A stretch of DNA of 64,000 nt from Bacteroidia bacterium (GTDB taxonomy: Bacteria; Bacteroidota; Bacteroidia; UKL13-3), in the NCBI GenBank assembly GCA_041675505.1, contig JBAYTR010000004.1, positions 52,036-116,035 on the forward strand, read 5' to 3'. The notes below the pieces were generated by a model. It did no database searches, was not told the DNA's origin, and saw only the letters and a list, made by a program, of their open reading frames with translations. A program made the position numbers and the translations under genes. Shown here piece by piece: positions 8,560-18,658 of the stretch. Position 1 is the first letter of the stretch, and each line of letters starts with the position of its first letter.

Positions 8560-11500
8560 TTGAGTTGGAAAAAAACCATATTAAAAAGTACTGTATTCAT
8601 CGGCATGTTGCTGTTGTTTACCACCATGCTGTTGCTAATACTGCTTAACAGTGCCCCTTTCCAAAACTGGGCGGTGGACAAAGTTACCAAATATCTCTCA
8701 GAGCAACTGAATACTCCCGTAAGTATAGGACGTATAAAGTTCAAACTGTTCAATACCCTGCAATTAGAAAACGTGCTGGTGTGCGATGAAAAGCAGGATA
8801 CACTGCTCTACACCCAAAAACTAAAAGCCAACATCAAAGAATTTAACCTGGAGAAAAACCTGTTGGTATTGCAGCGGGTAGAACTGGACTCGCTCAACTT
8901 TGCCCTAATTAAGCACAAGGGCAGTAGCAGCATGAACCTCAACTACATCATCAAATTTTTTCAATCAAAAGATACGGTACGCACTCCGGGCAGAAGTCCG
9001 TTTACGCTGGATGTACGTGAGGTAAAAATCAACAACTCCCGTTTTTCATACACTGATTTTAACATCACTCCCAAGGAAGATCGGTTTGATGAGGCCCACA
9101 TGGATCTGAAGGAGCTGAACATACAGGTGAATGATTTAAAAATTATTAACGACTCCATTGTTTTTAACCTCAAGCACCTGGGCACCATTGACCGTTGCGG
9201 CATGCGCATTGAGCACCTGCGCGGGCACATTACCATCTCTTCTTCCTTGCTGGGTTTTGAGGATCTGTTGCTCAAAACGGAACACAGCGAACTGCACCAC
9301 TCTTTTGCTATGGAATATAAAGCCTGGACCGATTTCAGCGACTTTAAAAACAGCGTAAAAATGGTGGGCGATTTAGAAGACTCTTACATTAACCTGAAAG
9401 AGATTGGCTACTTTGCTCCTGAACTGAAAGACTACGATGTAAGACTAAAACTGAACGGAAGAGTAAACGGTCCGCTCAGTCGTTTAAGAGGTAAAGGATT
9501 AAATATTGCCTTTGGTAAAAACAGTGAGTTTGACGGTGACCTCAACATGCGCGGGTTACCCAACATCAAAGAAACCTTTATTGATTTAAAGGCCAATAAT
9601 GTGCAAAGCAATGAGGCCGACCTGGCCCTGCTGATGCGTAAAGTAAAACTGCCCAAGGAAATTTCACGCCTGGGGCAAACCTCCTTCAAAGGCCGCTTTA
9701 CAGGTTTTGTCAACGACTTTGTGGCCTCAGGAACCTTGTCATCCGAACTGGGAAAAGTAGTGTCTGACATTAACATGAAACTGGGTGATAACCTTTCGAA
9801 AAGTGAATATTCAGGCGAAATAGAGTTGCAAGTTTTTAACGTGGGCCGGTTGGTGAATAATACCAAAACCATAGGCGTGGTATCGCTTAAGGGCAATGTA
9901 AAAGGAAAAGGATTAACACTACAATCGGTTCATGCTGATTTAACCACCAAAATTTCAGAACTGCGTTTGTACCAATACACCTACCACGCAGTAAACGTAA
10001 AAGGCAATATTGAAAACAGTTTCTTTACCGGAAAAATTGTGGCCAATGACCCCAACCTCCGCTTTGATTTTGACGGTACGGTTGACTTCAGGCCAAAATT
10101 AAACAAATACAATTTTACGCTCGACCTCTATCATGCCAACCTGAAACCTTTAGGATTTGACACCAATGAAACCATGGTAACCGCCAATGCCACCATGAAA
10201 GCAACGGCTGATGATAAGTTTTACAACAACAACGGTTCGCTCTACATCAACAACATTTGCATTACCCGAAACGGTACAGATATTCCTTTTGAAAACATAA
10301 AAATAGATGCCGCACAAAAAGACAATATCTCAAGACTAAATGTAACCTCAGGTATACTTGACCTTGACATGAGCGGGGTTTACAACTTTAACTACCTGCC
10401 CAAATCCATCAACAACTTTTTACATACGCAGGCCCCTTACCTGTTCCCGAAAGTTTACCCCAACTTACCCGAGCAACATTGCGATATTCAACTTACGCTT
10501 AAAACCTCTGAGCCCTTCTTCCCTCTTTTTTACCCTGATTTAAGTTTTAATCACGGAATTATACAGGCAGAGTACAACAGCCGAAGCGCCAACCTGAACA
10601 TGAAAGCTACAGTAGATAGTTTTGCCTTTCAGCATTGGTCGGCCAAACAACTGCATATGAATGCAAGCAAGTTTAATTCACCCGACATACGCTATACCGT
10701 AAATGCCGCGCATGTAACCATGAAGGACAAAAAGATGGCCGATAAGGCATCGTGCGAAGGATTGTTTAAGCCCAACCAAATCAACAACCGGTTCTACTTT
10801 ATTGAAAACACCTTAAAGAATGAAGTGGACCTCACCTCATCCATTGTGATGCAGGAACACTCAGCCGACATTACCTTTTTGCCCTCCAAGCTGATGTTTA
10901 AAAACAAATCGTTTAACCTGAAGAAGGACGGCAGCATCAGCATTACCGATTCTGGCATTGTGTTCAACAACCTGTTGCTGGCTGAAAGTAGCCAAAGCGT
11001 GAAACTGAACGGTATTTATGCTAACAATAACAAAGAAAACCTGATGATTGAGGTAAACAACCTGGGACTTGATTTAATCAGTTATTTTATAAACGACAGC
11101 AATTACCATTTTAACGGAGTAGCCAATGGAAATGCCAACCTGAGATACATGAACAGTAGGCAGGTTTTTCTTTCCAACCTCAATATAAAAAATGCCGTTT
11201 TTCTGGATGATACTTTAGGCGAAATTAACCTGAGCAGCACCTATGAAAGTGTGCTCAACAGAATGATGGTAGATGCCAGCATTGATAACGGACGGATAAG
11301 AGAAATGAAAGCCAAAGGATACATCAACCTATCCGGAGAACAGGAAATTGATATTGATGTGAGCATAGGCTCCTTTCACCTCAACATTATTAAAGAAAAA
11401 CTGAAAGCAGTGTTCAGTGATATGGGGGGCAAAATAAGTGCGGAACTCAACATTGGCGGAACACTGAAAAAGCCGGTGCTGACAGGTTTGGCAAAAATAA

Positions 11501-13074
11501 AAAACACCGGGGTAAAGGTTGGGTACTTGCAATCCATTTTTTACATTGTTGATGCTGAGGTAGAGATTAAAGAAAATATCTTCATTCTGAAAAGTTTCCA
11601 GATGCTGGATGAACGGGCATTAAAAGCAAAATACTGTGTGGTATCGGGCTGGATGAAGCATGATTATTTTACCAACTTCAGTTATAAATTTAACTTTAGG
11701 GAACTAAAAGATTTTTGGGCAATGAACACCGAGTACAAAGACAATGAGCTCTTTTTCGGTAAAGGATATGCCACCGGAGAAGCCACTATTACCGGCACAT
11801 TCGAGGCAGTAAATATTGATGCGCGTTTAAAAACAGGTACCGGCACAAAAATAATGATGCCACTGAGTAATGCCGAAGAGGCAGAGAAATCTGATTTTGT
11901 GCGTTTCATTACTTATGAGAACTGGAAACTGACCAAAAAAACAGAAGTATTTAAAGCCAAAACCTCAGGCATCACCATGACGTTTAATCTGGAAATTACT
12001 CCCGATGCTGAGTTTCAACTGGTGTTCAATTCCCAAACTGGTGACGTGATTCGTGGGAAAGGAAAAGCCAACCTGAGGTTAGAACTCACCAAACAAGGCG
12101 ACTTTCTGATGTACGGGCAATATACCGTAGTGGAAGGCGCCTACCTGTTTACTGCACTCAACATCATCAACAAAAAGTTTGTAATTGAAAACGGAGGCAC
12201 CATTAACTGGAACGGAGATGCGTTAAAAGCGCAAATGAACATGACAGCCGTATACAAAGTGCGAACACCCTTACCTCCGCTTATAACCACAACAGATGAA
12301 ACCACGGCCAAACGAAGAATACCGGTTGATTGTAAACTAATGCTGAGCGGATTGCTGCTGCAACCCGATATTAAATTTGACCTGAATTTCCCTGAACTCA
12401 ATACCATGGGTGGCAACTCCACAGCTCAGGCCACACAAGCCATTCAACGCTTGAAAGGAAATCAGGATGAGATGAACAAACAGTTTTTCAGTTTGCTCAT
12501 GACCGGTTCGTTTACGCAACCTGATAACATCGGACAAATAAGCTCCAGTGGAAACAGTGCTGTCCATTTTGGAAGTGCGGCCTACCAAAGTGCCGGTGAT
12601 TTGCTCTCTAACCAGTTGAGTAATCTGCTTTCTCAGATAGACCCTAACTGGGATATTGGCTTAAACTACCAGTTTCAGGATGAAAGCAAACAGCGGGAAA
12701 TGATTATTTCTTTGTCGAGACGATTTTTAGATGACCGCCTGGAAGTACAAACAAGTTCTGATGTTTTGCGCACCGACCTGAACATAAACTTTCAGGCCAA
12801 ATATGATTTAACTGATGACGGGCGTTTGAAGCTGAAAGCTTTCAGTACCAATAACTCTAACCTGTTTAACACACAAAACGTACAAACGCAAGGTATGGGC
12901 TTGTACTACAGCCGGCAGTTCAATAAAATCGGAGAGATTTTCAGGCGCAGTGAAAAAAAGAAAAAGAAAAAAACTGACGCTAAAAAGGTGGAAGACAACA
13001 ACATTTACCTGCCTACCGATTCCACTACTACTGCCCCTGTTGATTCAATGTTGTTAGATAACCGCGGAGATTAG
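8560..13074 (+). CDS. tamB: TamB-like translocation/assembly module protein (1504 aa)
   Basis: Single N-terminal TM anchor, a very long beta-rich body and a DUF490-like C-region, divergent from tsaD. A TTG start at 8560 is needed to retain the TM anchor. The C-terminal tail is Lys-rich. Confidence 0.7.
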   Translation: MSWKKTILKSTVFIGMLLLFTTMLLLILLNSAPFQNWAVDKVTKYLSEQLNTPVSIGRIKFKLFNTLQLENVLVCDEKQDTLLYTQKLKANIKEFNLEKNLLVLQRVELDSLNFALIKHKGSSSMNLNYIIKFFQSKDTVRTPGRSPFTLDVREVKINNSRFSYTDFNITPKEDRFDEAHMDLKELNIQVNDLKIINDSIVFNLKHLGTIDRCGMRIEHLRGHITISSSLLGFEDLLLKTEHSELHHSFAMEYKAWTDFSDFKNSVKMVGDLEDSYINLKEIGYFAPELKDYDVRLKLNGRVNGPLSRLRGKGLNIAFGKNSEFDGDLNMRGLPNIKETFIDLKANNVQSNEADLALLMRKVKLPKEISRLGQTSFKGRFTGFVNDFVASGTLSSELGKVVSDINMKLGDNLSKSEYSGEIELQVFNVGRLVNNTKTIGVVSLKGNVKGKGLTLQSVHADLTTKISELRLYQYTYHAVNVKGNIENSFFTGKIVANDPNLRFDFDGTVDFRPKLNKYNFTLDLYHANLKPLGFDTNETMVTANATMKATADDKFYNNNGSLYINNICITRNGTDIPFENIKIDAAQKDNISRLNVTSGILDLDMSGVYNFNYLPKSINNFLHTQAPYLFPKVYPNLPEQHCDIQLTLKTSEPFFPLFYPDLSFNHGIIQAEYNSRSANLNMKATVDSFAFQHWSAKQLHMNASKFNSPDIRYTVNAAHVTMKDKKMADKASCEGLFKPNQINNRFYFIENTLKNEVDLTSSIVMQEHSADITFLPSKLMFKNKSFNLKKDGSISITDSGIVFNNLLLAESSQSVKLNGIYANNNKENLMIEVNNLGLDLISYFINDSNYHFNGVANGNANLRYMNSRQVFLSNLNIKNAVFLDDTLGEINLSSTYESVLNRMMVDASIDNGRIREMKAKGYINLSGEQEIDIDVSIGSFHLNIIKEKLKAVFSDMGGKISAELNIGGTLKKPVLTGLAKIKNTGVKVGYLQSIFYIVDAEVEIKENIFILKSFQMLDERALKAKYCVVSGWMKHDYFTNFSYKFNFRELKDFWAMNTEYKDNELFFGKGYATGEATITGTFEAVNIDARLKTGTGTKIMMPLSNAEEAEKSDFVRFITYENWKLTKKTEVFKAKTSGITMTFNLEITPDAEFQLVFNSQTGDVIRGKGKANLRLELTKQGDFLMYGQYTVVEGAYLFTALNIINKKFVIENGGTINWNGDALKAQMNMTAVYKVRTPLPPLITTTDETTAKRRIPVDCKLMLSGLLLQPDIKFDLNFPELNTMGGNSTAQATQAIQRLKGNQDEMNKQFFSLLMTGSFTQPDNIGQISSSGNSAVHFGSAAYQSAGDLLSNQLSNLLSQIDPNWDIGLNYQFQDESKQREMIISLSRRFLDDRLEVQTSSDVLRTDLNINFQAKYDLTDDGRLKLKAFSTNNSNLFNTQNVQTQGMGLYYSRQFNKIGEIFRRSEKKKKKKTDAKKVEDNNIYLPTDSTTTAPVDSMLLDNRGD

Positions 13075-13130
13075 TTTAGTATTCGTATAAACTTTCCTAT
13101 TTTGCACACTCAAATTTTGACAACATAAAT

Positions 13131-13952
13131 ATGGCTTACAATCTTTTGAAAGGTAAACGCGGCATCATCTTCGGTGCGTTAGACTCTAACTCTATAGCTT
13201 GGAAAGTAGCTCAACGCTGCCATGCTGAAGGCGCAACATTTACATTGACCAACGCTCCTATTGCTATGCGTATGGGAGCCATTAATGATCTGGCTGCTCA
13301 ATGCAATGCACAAATTATTCCTGCTGATGTTACCAGTGATGCCGATATGGAAAACCTTATCGACAAATCAATGGAAATACTGGGTGGCAAAATTGACTTT
13401 GTACTGCACTCTGTGGGCATGTCGCTCAACATTCGTAAAGGTAAACATTACACTGATCTGGATTACGAGTTCATGAAAAAAACACTCGACATTTCAGCCA
13501 TATCACTTCACCGTCTACTAAAAATTTGTTACCAAAAAGATGCTATTTCTGAATGGGGGTCTGCAGTAGCTTTAACCTACATAGCCGCACAACGCGTATT
13601 TCCTGATTACAGTGAAATGGCCGATGCCAAATCATTGCTGGAATCCATTACCCGCAGTTGGGGTTTCCACTACGGTAAAGCTAAAAAAGTACGTGTAAAC
13701 ACCATCTCTCAATCACCTACAAAAACTACTGCTGGTTCAGGAGTAAAAGGTTTTGATGCCTTCCATGAATATGCAGAAGCGATGTCACCACTGGGCAATG
13801 CATCAGCCGATAGTTGTGCTGATTATGTTACCCTCATGTTCTCTGATTACTCCCGAATGGTCACCATGCAGAACTTGTTCCATGACGGAGGATTCTCCTT
13901 TACCGGAGTGAGCCAGGAACTGGTAGAAAGACTTACACCTAAAGAAGGATAA
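13131..13952 (+). CDS. fabI: Enoyl-[acyl-carrier-protein] reductase (NADH)
   Basis: LKGKRGIIFGALDSNSIAW dinucleotide-binding N-terminus, SDR-type length, and Tyr/Lys region (YIAAQRV...AK). Confidence 0.85.
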   Translation: MAYNLLKGKRGIIFGALDSNSIAWKVAQRCHAEGATFTLTNAPIAMRMGAINDLAAQCNAQIIPADVTSDADMENLIDKSMEILGGKIDFVLHSVGMSLNIRKGKHYTDLDYEFMKKTLDISAISLHRLLKICYQKDAISEWGSAVALTYIAAQRVFPDYSEMADAKSLLESITRSWGFHYGKAKKVRVNTISQSPTKTTAGSGVKGFDAFHEYAEAMSPLGNASADSCADYVTLMFSDYSRMVTMQNLFHDGGFSFTGVSQELVERLTPKEG

Positions 13953-13957
13953 TTATT

Positions 13958-14662
13958 ATGGATATTCACCTGCACCACTCGCATGAAGAAAAGCATTTTA
14001 AAGGCTCTGAAATTGTGCGCGATGTGGTGATTGGTATGAGTGACGGATTAACTGTACCCTTTGCACTGGCAGCAGGATTAAGCGGTGCAGTTGATTCCAA
14101 TGCCATCATCATTACAGCAGGTACCGCAGAGATTATTGCGGGTTCAATTGCTATGGGTTTAGGTGGTTACCTGGCCGGCAAAACCGAACTGGAACATTAC
14201 GATGCTGAACTCAAACGCGAGTACTTCGAAGTAGACAAGTTTCCTGAAAAAGAAAAACAGGAAGTACGTGATGTGTTTGTGGAATTTGGTATCAGTAAAA
14301 AGATACAGGATGAAGTAGCTGAAGATTTGGCTACCGATAAAAAACGCTGGGTTGATTTTATGATGAAGTTTGAACTGGGCCTCGAAAAACCCAGTTTAAA
14401 CCGTGCCAGGCAAAGTGCTTTAACCATCGGCACCTCATACGTTGTTGGCGGATTCATTCCCTTACTGGCTTACATTTTTACAGATTTGCCTGAAGCGGGT
14501 TTGTTGTATTCCAGCATTATCACTTTGGTGTGTTTGTTCATTTTCGGTTACGTTAAAAGCAAACTTATTGGTCAGCATCCGTTAAAAGGTGGCCTGCGCA
14601 TTATGGCCATCGGAGCTTTAGCAGCAGGTGCGGCCTTTTTTGTGGCCAAGATGCTGGGCTGA
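13958..14662 (+). CDS. VIT1/CCC1-family iron/manganese transporter
   Basis: VVIGMSDGLTVPFALAAGLSG motif, a central acidic cytoplasmic helix region and C-terminal TM bundle. Confidence 0.8.
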   Translation: MDIHLHHSHEEKHFKGSEIVRDVVIGMSDGLTVPFALAAGLSGAVDSNAIIITAGTAEIIAGSIAMGLGGYLAGKTELEHYDAELKREYFEVDKFPEKEKQEVRDVFVEFGISKKIQDEVAEDLATDKKRWVDFMMKFELGLEKPSLNRARQSALTIGTSYVVGGFIPLLAYIFTDLPEAGLLYSSIITLVCLFIFGYVKSKLIGQHPLKGGLRIMAIGALAAGAAFFVAKMLG

Positions 14663-15069
14663 TGAACAAATTTCAGAACGTAAGTTTTGCTGATGTACAG
14701 GAATGCCTCGATTATTTACCTGAACAGGAACGTGCCATGGTCAATCGTTTGCGCGGACTAATTTTCGACTGTATCCCCCACGTTACTGAACGACTGAACT
14801 ACAACGCCCCTTTTTATTTTAAGAACAAACGCCTGTGCTACATCTGGCCGGGTTCTATTCCCTGGGGCGGCACACGCGAGGGAGTATCGCTGGGTTTTGC
14901 TAACGGACAACAATTGCATGACGAGTGGAACTTTTTGAATAAGGATAAAAAGAAAGTAATCGCCACGCGCATGTTTTATTCCCTGAAAGAAATTAACGAA
15001 CACGAAGAAATCATCCGCACACTTTTATTTGAAGCAGCAGAGTTGGATGAAATGAAAAGCAAAAAATGA
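14662..15069 (+). CDS. DUF1801 (YdhG-like) domain protein
   Basis: The start overlaps the preceding stop (TGATG). The length and NYNAPFYFKNKRLCYIW pattern are typical of DUF1801. Confidence 0.65.
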   Translation: MNKFQNVSFADVQECLDYLPEQERAMVNRLRGLIFDCIPHVTERLNYNAPFYFKNKRLCYIWPGSIPWGGTREGVSLGFANGQQLHDEWNFLNKDKKKVIATRMFYSLKEINEHEEIIRTLLFEAAELDEMKSKK

Positions 15070-16922
15070 AAACCATACTCTCCTTTGTTTTTTTGCTACA
15101 CTGCAGCTTATGTGCGGCCCAAAACACGCTACCGTTATGGAACTTCGACTCTCTTGATTTTAAAGGCGGGTACAACAAATTTGAACGCGATCCCTCCTCG
15201 TCAAAAATCTATTTAACAGACAGCGTCTATCATGGTGCCGGTGGCAAAAGTTTAAAAGTGATTGCCTGCAAACAAACAGAAGGATATTGCGGAGCCTGGA
15301 TAAACTTTTTCTTTACCAAACGCAATCAGGTGCGTTACATTCATGCTGCTGAGTTCAACTTCCTGTCGTTTTATATCAAAGGTGCTCAAGGTGGTGAACA
15401 GGTGCAGATACAATTGTCTGATAAAAGCCTCAGTGAGCGCGAAGACTCACGTCCGGCCAAACCTTTATCCACTTACCTCTCGAAAGGTATTACCAGCACA
15501 TGGCAGGAAGTATTAATTCCGCTAAAAGATTTGGAACGTTTTGATCCATCTCAACTGGCAGGACTCACGTTCAACTTCACCTCAACGGGATGTTATGAAA
15601 TTTTTGTAGATGATATTTGTTTGAAAAAAACGGCAAACGACCCCACCCCAATTACCACTCAGCCCAACATTCAACGACTGAACAAAGAATTACAAAATGC
15701 CATGTGGGTATGGCAAACCAACAAACTGTTTAACAACCTGACTTACCGCGAAAAGTTTTTCGACTACTGCAAGCGGTTAAATATTCAGCACGTTTACCTG
15801 CAACTGTTTTATGACGATAACCTCACCACCCTTCTGTTTGCCGATTCTTTAAAAGCACTTACATCGTTGTGTTACGACAAGGGAATTAAAATTTACGGAC
15901 TGGATGGCTCACCTGAATGGGGACTTTATGAAAAGCATGAAGTACCTTTAAGTATTGTTAACCTCATTGCTGAGTACAATACATCAGCCTCGGTTAAAGA
16001 AAAACTGGCCGGTGCTCACTTTGATATTGAACCTTATCTTCTACTCGGGTTCAATGACCCCTCATTAAAAAAACAAATTATCTACGAAAACCTCGACCTG
16101 AAAAAGAAACTGGCAGAATTATGCCGGCAAAAAAATCTCATCTTGGGTCTGGATATTCCTTTTTGGTATGAAGATCAGGACAGCACCGGGTTGGCCGCCA
16201 CATATACCTTGTTCAACAACAAAGAACAGGCCGCCAGTTACCACATGATTGATATGGCCCAGCACATTGACATTATGGGCTACCGCAATTTCACTTACGG
16301 TTCAGACGGTATGATTAATAAGGACCTGAACGAAATTATTTATGCTTCGGGCATTCCGGGTAAATCCATATGGGCCGGTGTAGAAACTATTACAGAAACT
16401 CCGGGAGGTTATACCTTGTTTACCTGTTTTGGAAAAGATGAACTCAGCGATTTTTTGAAACAAAACGAAAAGGTGATTAGCAGAAGCAGCAGGTACAAAG
16501 GATTTCGTTTGATGCTGTTTGAATACAACGGCTACATATTTATGGGCATAGAGCAGCCTCAAAAAGTCAAAAGAAAATTGCGCAAACAAAATAAGATGGC
16601 CATTGTTGAGTTTCAGAACCTGTTGGCTCAATGGCAGGTGAAGGCTGACAAAGAACATATGGCAGTAATGTTAAATGAATATTTGAACCGCAATTCTTCA
16701 GAATGGCAGGTAATCAAAAAGAAAGTAAACAATGGTATAAGCTCCGTACGGGTTATTTATCAACCTTCAGAAACCAATACAAAACTCAGTTTTCAGGGTA
16801 AAAGTTTGCAGCGCATGCTCGAAGAAGTTTACACAGCAGCTCCGGTATTTTTAGCTTATCCTTCTTTCAAGGGATTTGCCTTTCATTGCTTCGAAAGCCT
16901 GCTGTTGTTACCCTCAGAATAA
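15066..16922 (+). CDS. Hypothetical secreted protein, CBM-like N-domain plus possible TIM-barrel-like domain
   Basis: ATGA overlap with the upstream gene and a signal peptide. The N-terminal ~170 aa resemble a beta-sandwich carbohydrate-binding module (low-confidence reading). Confidence 0.65.
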   Translation: MKTILSFVFLLHCSLCAAQNTLPLWNFDSLDFKGGYNKFERDPSSSKIYLTDSVYHGAGGKSLKVIACKQTEGYCGAWINFFFTKRNQVRYIHAAEFNFLSFYIKGAQGGEQVQIQLSDKSLSEREDSRPAKPLSTYLSKGITSTWQEVLIPLKDLERFDPSQLAGLTFNFTSTGCYEIFVDDICLKKTANDPTPITTQPNIQRLNKELQNAMWVWQTNKLFNNLTYREKFFDYCKRLNIQHVYLQLFYDDNLTTLLFADSLKALTSLCYDKGIKIYGLDGSPEWGLYEKHEVPLSIVNLIAEYNTSASVKEKLAGAHFDIEPYLLLGFNDPSLKKQIIYENLDLKKKLAELCRQKNLILGLDIPFWYEDQDSTGLAATYTLFNNKEQAASYHMIDMAQHIDIMGYRNFTYGSDGMINKDLNEIIYASGIPGKSIWAGVETITETPGGYTLFTCFGKDELSDFLKQNEKVISRSSRYKGFRLMLFEYNGYIFMGIEQPQKVKRKLRKQNKMAIVEFQNLLAQWQVKADKEHMAVMLNEYLNRNSSEWQVIKKKVNNGISSVRVIYQPSETNTKLSFQGKSLQRMLEEVYTAAPVFLAYPSFKGFAFHCFESLLLLPSE

Positions 16923-17101
16923 GAAAAATGAAATTTAGAAATAATCCATTCTGCACTATTCTACTCATTTACAGCAGAGAAGCAGTTATTAACATTTAGG
17001 CATGTAAAAATTTAGTAAAAACTCCAAGATTTAATGGCCATACATTGTATTATTGCAGATTGAAACAGTATGCATAACCCTTTAAAACCCATACAGGCAC
17101 T

Positions 17102-18622
17102 ATGATTTCACACTTTTCAGGAAGCTTGAAACTGGTTAAAAAGCTCTCCCTATTAACGGCAATTTTTGCGTTAACATTTTCAGCCTCAGCACAAAGTGCC
17201 GAAGAAGGCAAAAAATTATTTGACGCGAATTGCGTTTCCTGCCACGCCATAAAAGAGCAAGTGGTTGGTCCGGCTTTGAAAGACGTTCACAAGCGTAAAG
17301 ACGAAGCCTGGCTTATTAAGTGGATTAAAAATTCACAAGCCGTTGTAAAAAGCGGAGATGCTTATGCTGTTGAGTTATACAACAAGTATAACCAATCTGT
17401 TATGACCTCTTTTGAGGGCTTATCAGATGCACAGGTTAAAAGCATTCTGGCTTATGTGAAGCAAGAAAGCGAAGCTGCTCCCGCAGCTGTTGCAGCTTCA
17501 GGAACTGAGTCAGCCTCTTCCACAGCTGCTGCTCCTGCAGCCGGTGCAAACAAACAAACTAAATCGCGCATTCACTGGTTGCTTGTTATTATTGTTGGTT
17601 TATTGGCCGTAGTAATTACGCAGGTATTCAGCATTTTGGATACCGTTGGCAAAATACAAGGACGCGAGGTAATTAACTGGAACAAGGTTAACGCTACCCT
17701 GATGTTAGTATTTGGAATCGCAGGATTGGCATTCACCGTATGGGAATTTGTAGTACATGGTAAATTAACCGTTAACGCCAACACTGCTGCTTCAGAACAC
17801 GGTGTGGGTATTGATAAAATGTTTAACATCACCTTACTCTTCACAGGTATTGTGTTTGTTATTACACAGGTAGCCCTGTTTTACTTTGCTTTCAAATACA
17901 AAAAGAGAAAGAACGAGAAAGCGTTCTTCTATTCACACAACGATAAATTGGAATACATCTGGACCATTATCCCGGCCATCGTTCTAACCGTATTGGTTAT
18001 TAACGGCTTGAAATACTGGAACAAGATATTTGCAAAACCTGCTGAAGGCACACCTAAAATTGAGGTGTTTGCTTACCAGTTCGGCTGGACAGCCCGCTAC
18101 CCCGGTAGTGATAAAGAATTAGGTAGCTATGATTTCCGTCAGATTGGAAAATCAAATGCTTTAGGTGTACTTACCGATGACCCTAAATCAGCAGATGACT
18201 TCACCAGCAGCGAAATTCACTTGCCGGTAAATAAGCCGGTAACGTTGAAGTTCAGAGCTAAAGATGTTATACATAGTGCTTACCTGCCGCATTTCCGTGT
18301 ACAAATGAACTGCGTACCGGGCCTGCCTACTGAGTTTACCTTTACTCCTACCATCACAACTGCCGATAAACAAGCCGAATTAGGTGACCCTACCTTTGAT
18401 TACGCGCTGTTGTGTAACAAGATATGCGGAAGTGCACACTACCGCATGAAAGTTAAAGTTGTCATTGACACAGAAGAAAACTACAAGAAATGGGTAGCTG
18501 AACAAAAACCTGCATTTGCCAAAAAAGCAGAAGAAGTTCCCGCTGCTGCTCCTGCAGAAGTAAATGCAGTTCAGGCGTCAAAAGATAAAACCACTAAAAA
18601 GGCTTTAGCTTCAGTTAAATAA
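17102..18622 (+). CDS. ctaC: Cytochrome c oxidase subunit II with an N-terminal mono-haem cytochrome c domain
   Basis: CVSCH haem-binding motif (17231..17245), Ala/Ser/Pro linker, two TM helices and a cupredoxin domain. The CuA site is DVIHSAYLPHF ... CNKICGSAHYRM (Cx3Cx3Hx2M). Confidence 0.85.
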   Translation: MISHFSGSLKLVKKLSLLTAIFALTFSASAQSAEEGKKLFDANCVSCHAIKEQVVGPALKDVHKRKDEAWLIKWIKNSQAVVKSGDAYAVELYNKYNQSVMTSFEGLSDAQVKSILAYVKQESEAAPAAVAASGTESASSTAAAPAAGANKQTKSRIHWLLVIIVGLLAVVITQVFSILDTVGKIQGREVINWNKVNATLMLVFGIAGLAFTVWEFVVHGKLTVNANTAASEHGVGIDKMFNITLLFTGIVFVITQVALFYFAFKYKKRKNEKAFFYSHNDKLEYIWTIIPAIVLTVLVINGLKYWNKIFAKPAEGTPKIEVFAYQFGWTARYPGSDKELGSYDFRQIGKSNALGVLTDDPKSADDFTSSEIHLPVNKPVTLKFRAKDVIHSAYLPHFRVQMNCVPGLPTEFTFTPTITTADKQAELGDPTFDYALLCNKICGSAHYRMKVKVVIDTEENYKKWVAEQKPAFAKKAEEVPAAAPAEVNAVQASKDKTTKKALASVK

Positions 18623-18658
18623 TTTCTCTTAACCGCAAAAAATCGAAAGAATTCAAAT

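Noticed and set aside
8961-12588. Antisense ORFs lie within the TamB-like gene (for example 9432..9896, 154 aa; 12141..12422; 12337..12588).
   Set aside because: They are embedded in a continuous 1504-codon frame, their translations are low-complexity (Ser/Leu/Arg/Pro-rich), and they have no independent start context.
12946-12975. An A-rich tract (gaaaaaaagaaaaagaaaaaaact) encodes KKKKKK near the TamB-like C-terminus and could be a slippage or frameshift site or a pseudogene junction.
   Set aside because: The reading frame continues cleanly for another ~35 codons to a normal stop, and no alternative frame extends further. It is consistent with a basic low-complexity tail.
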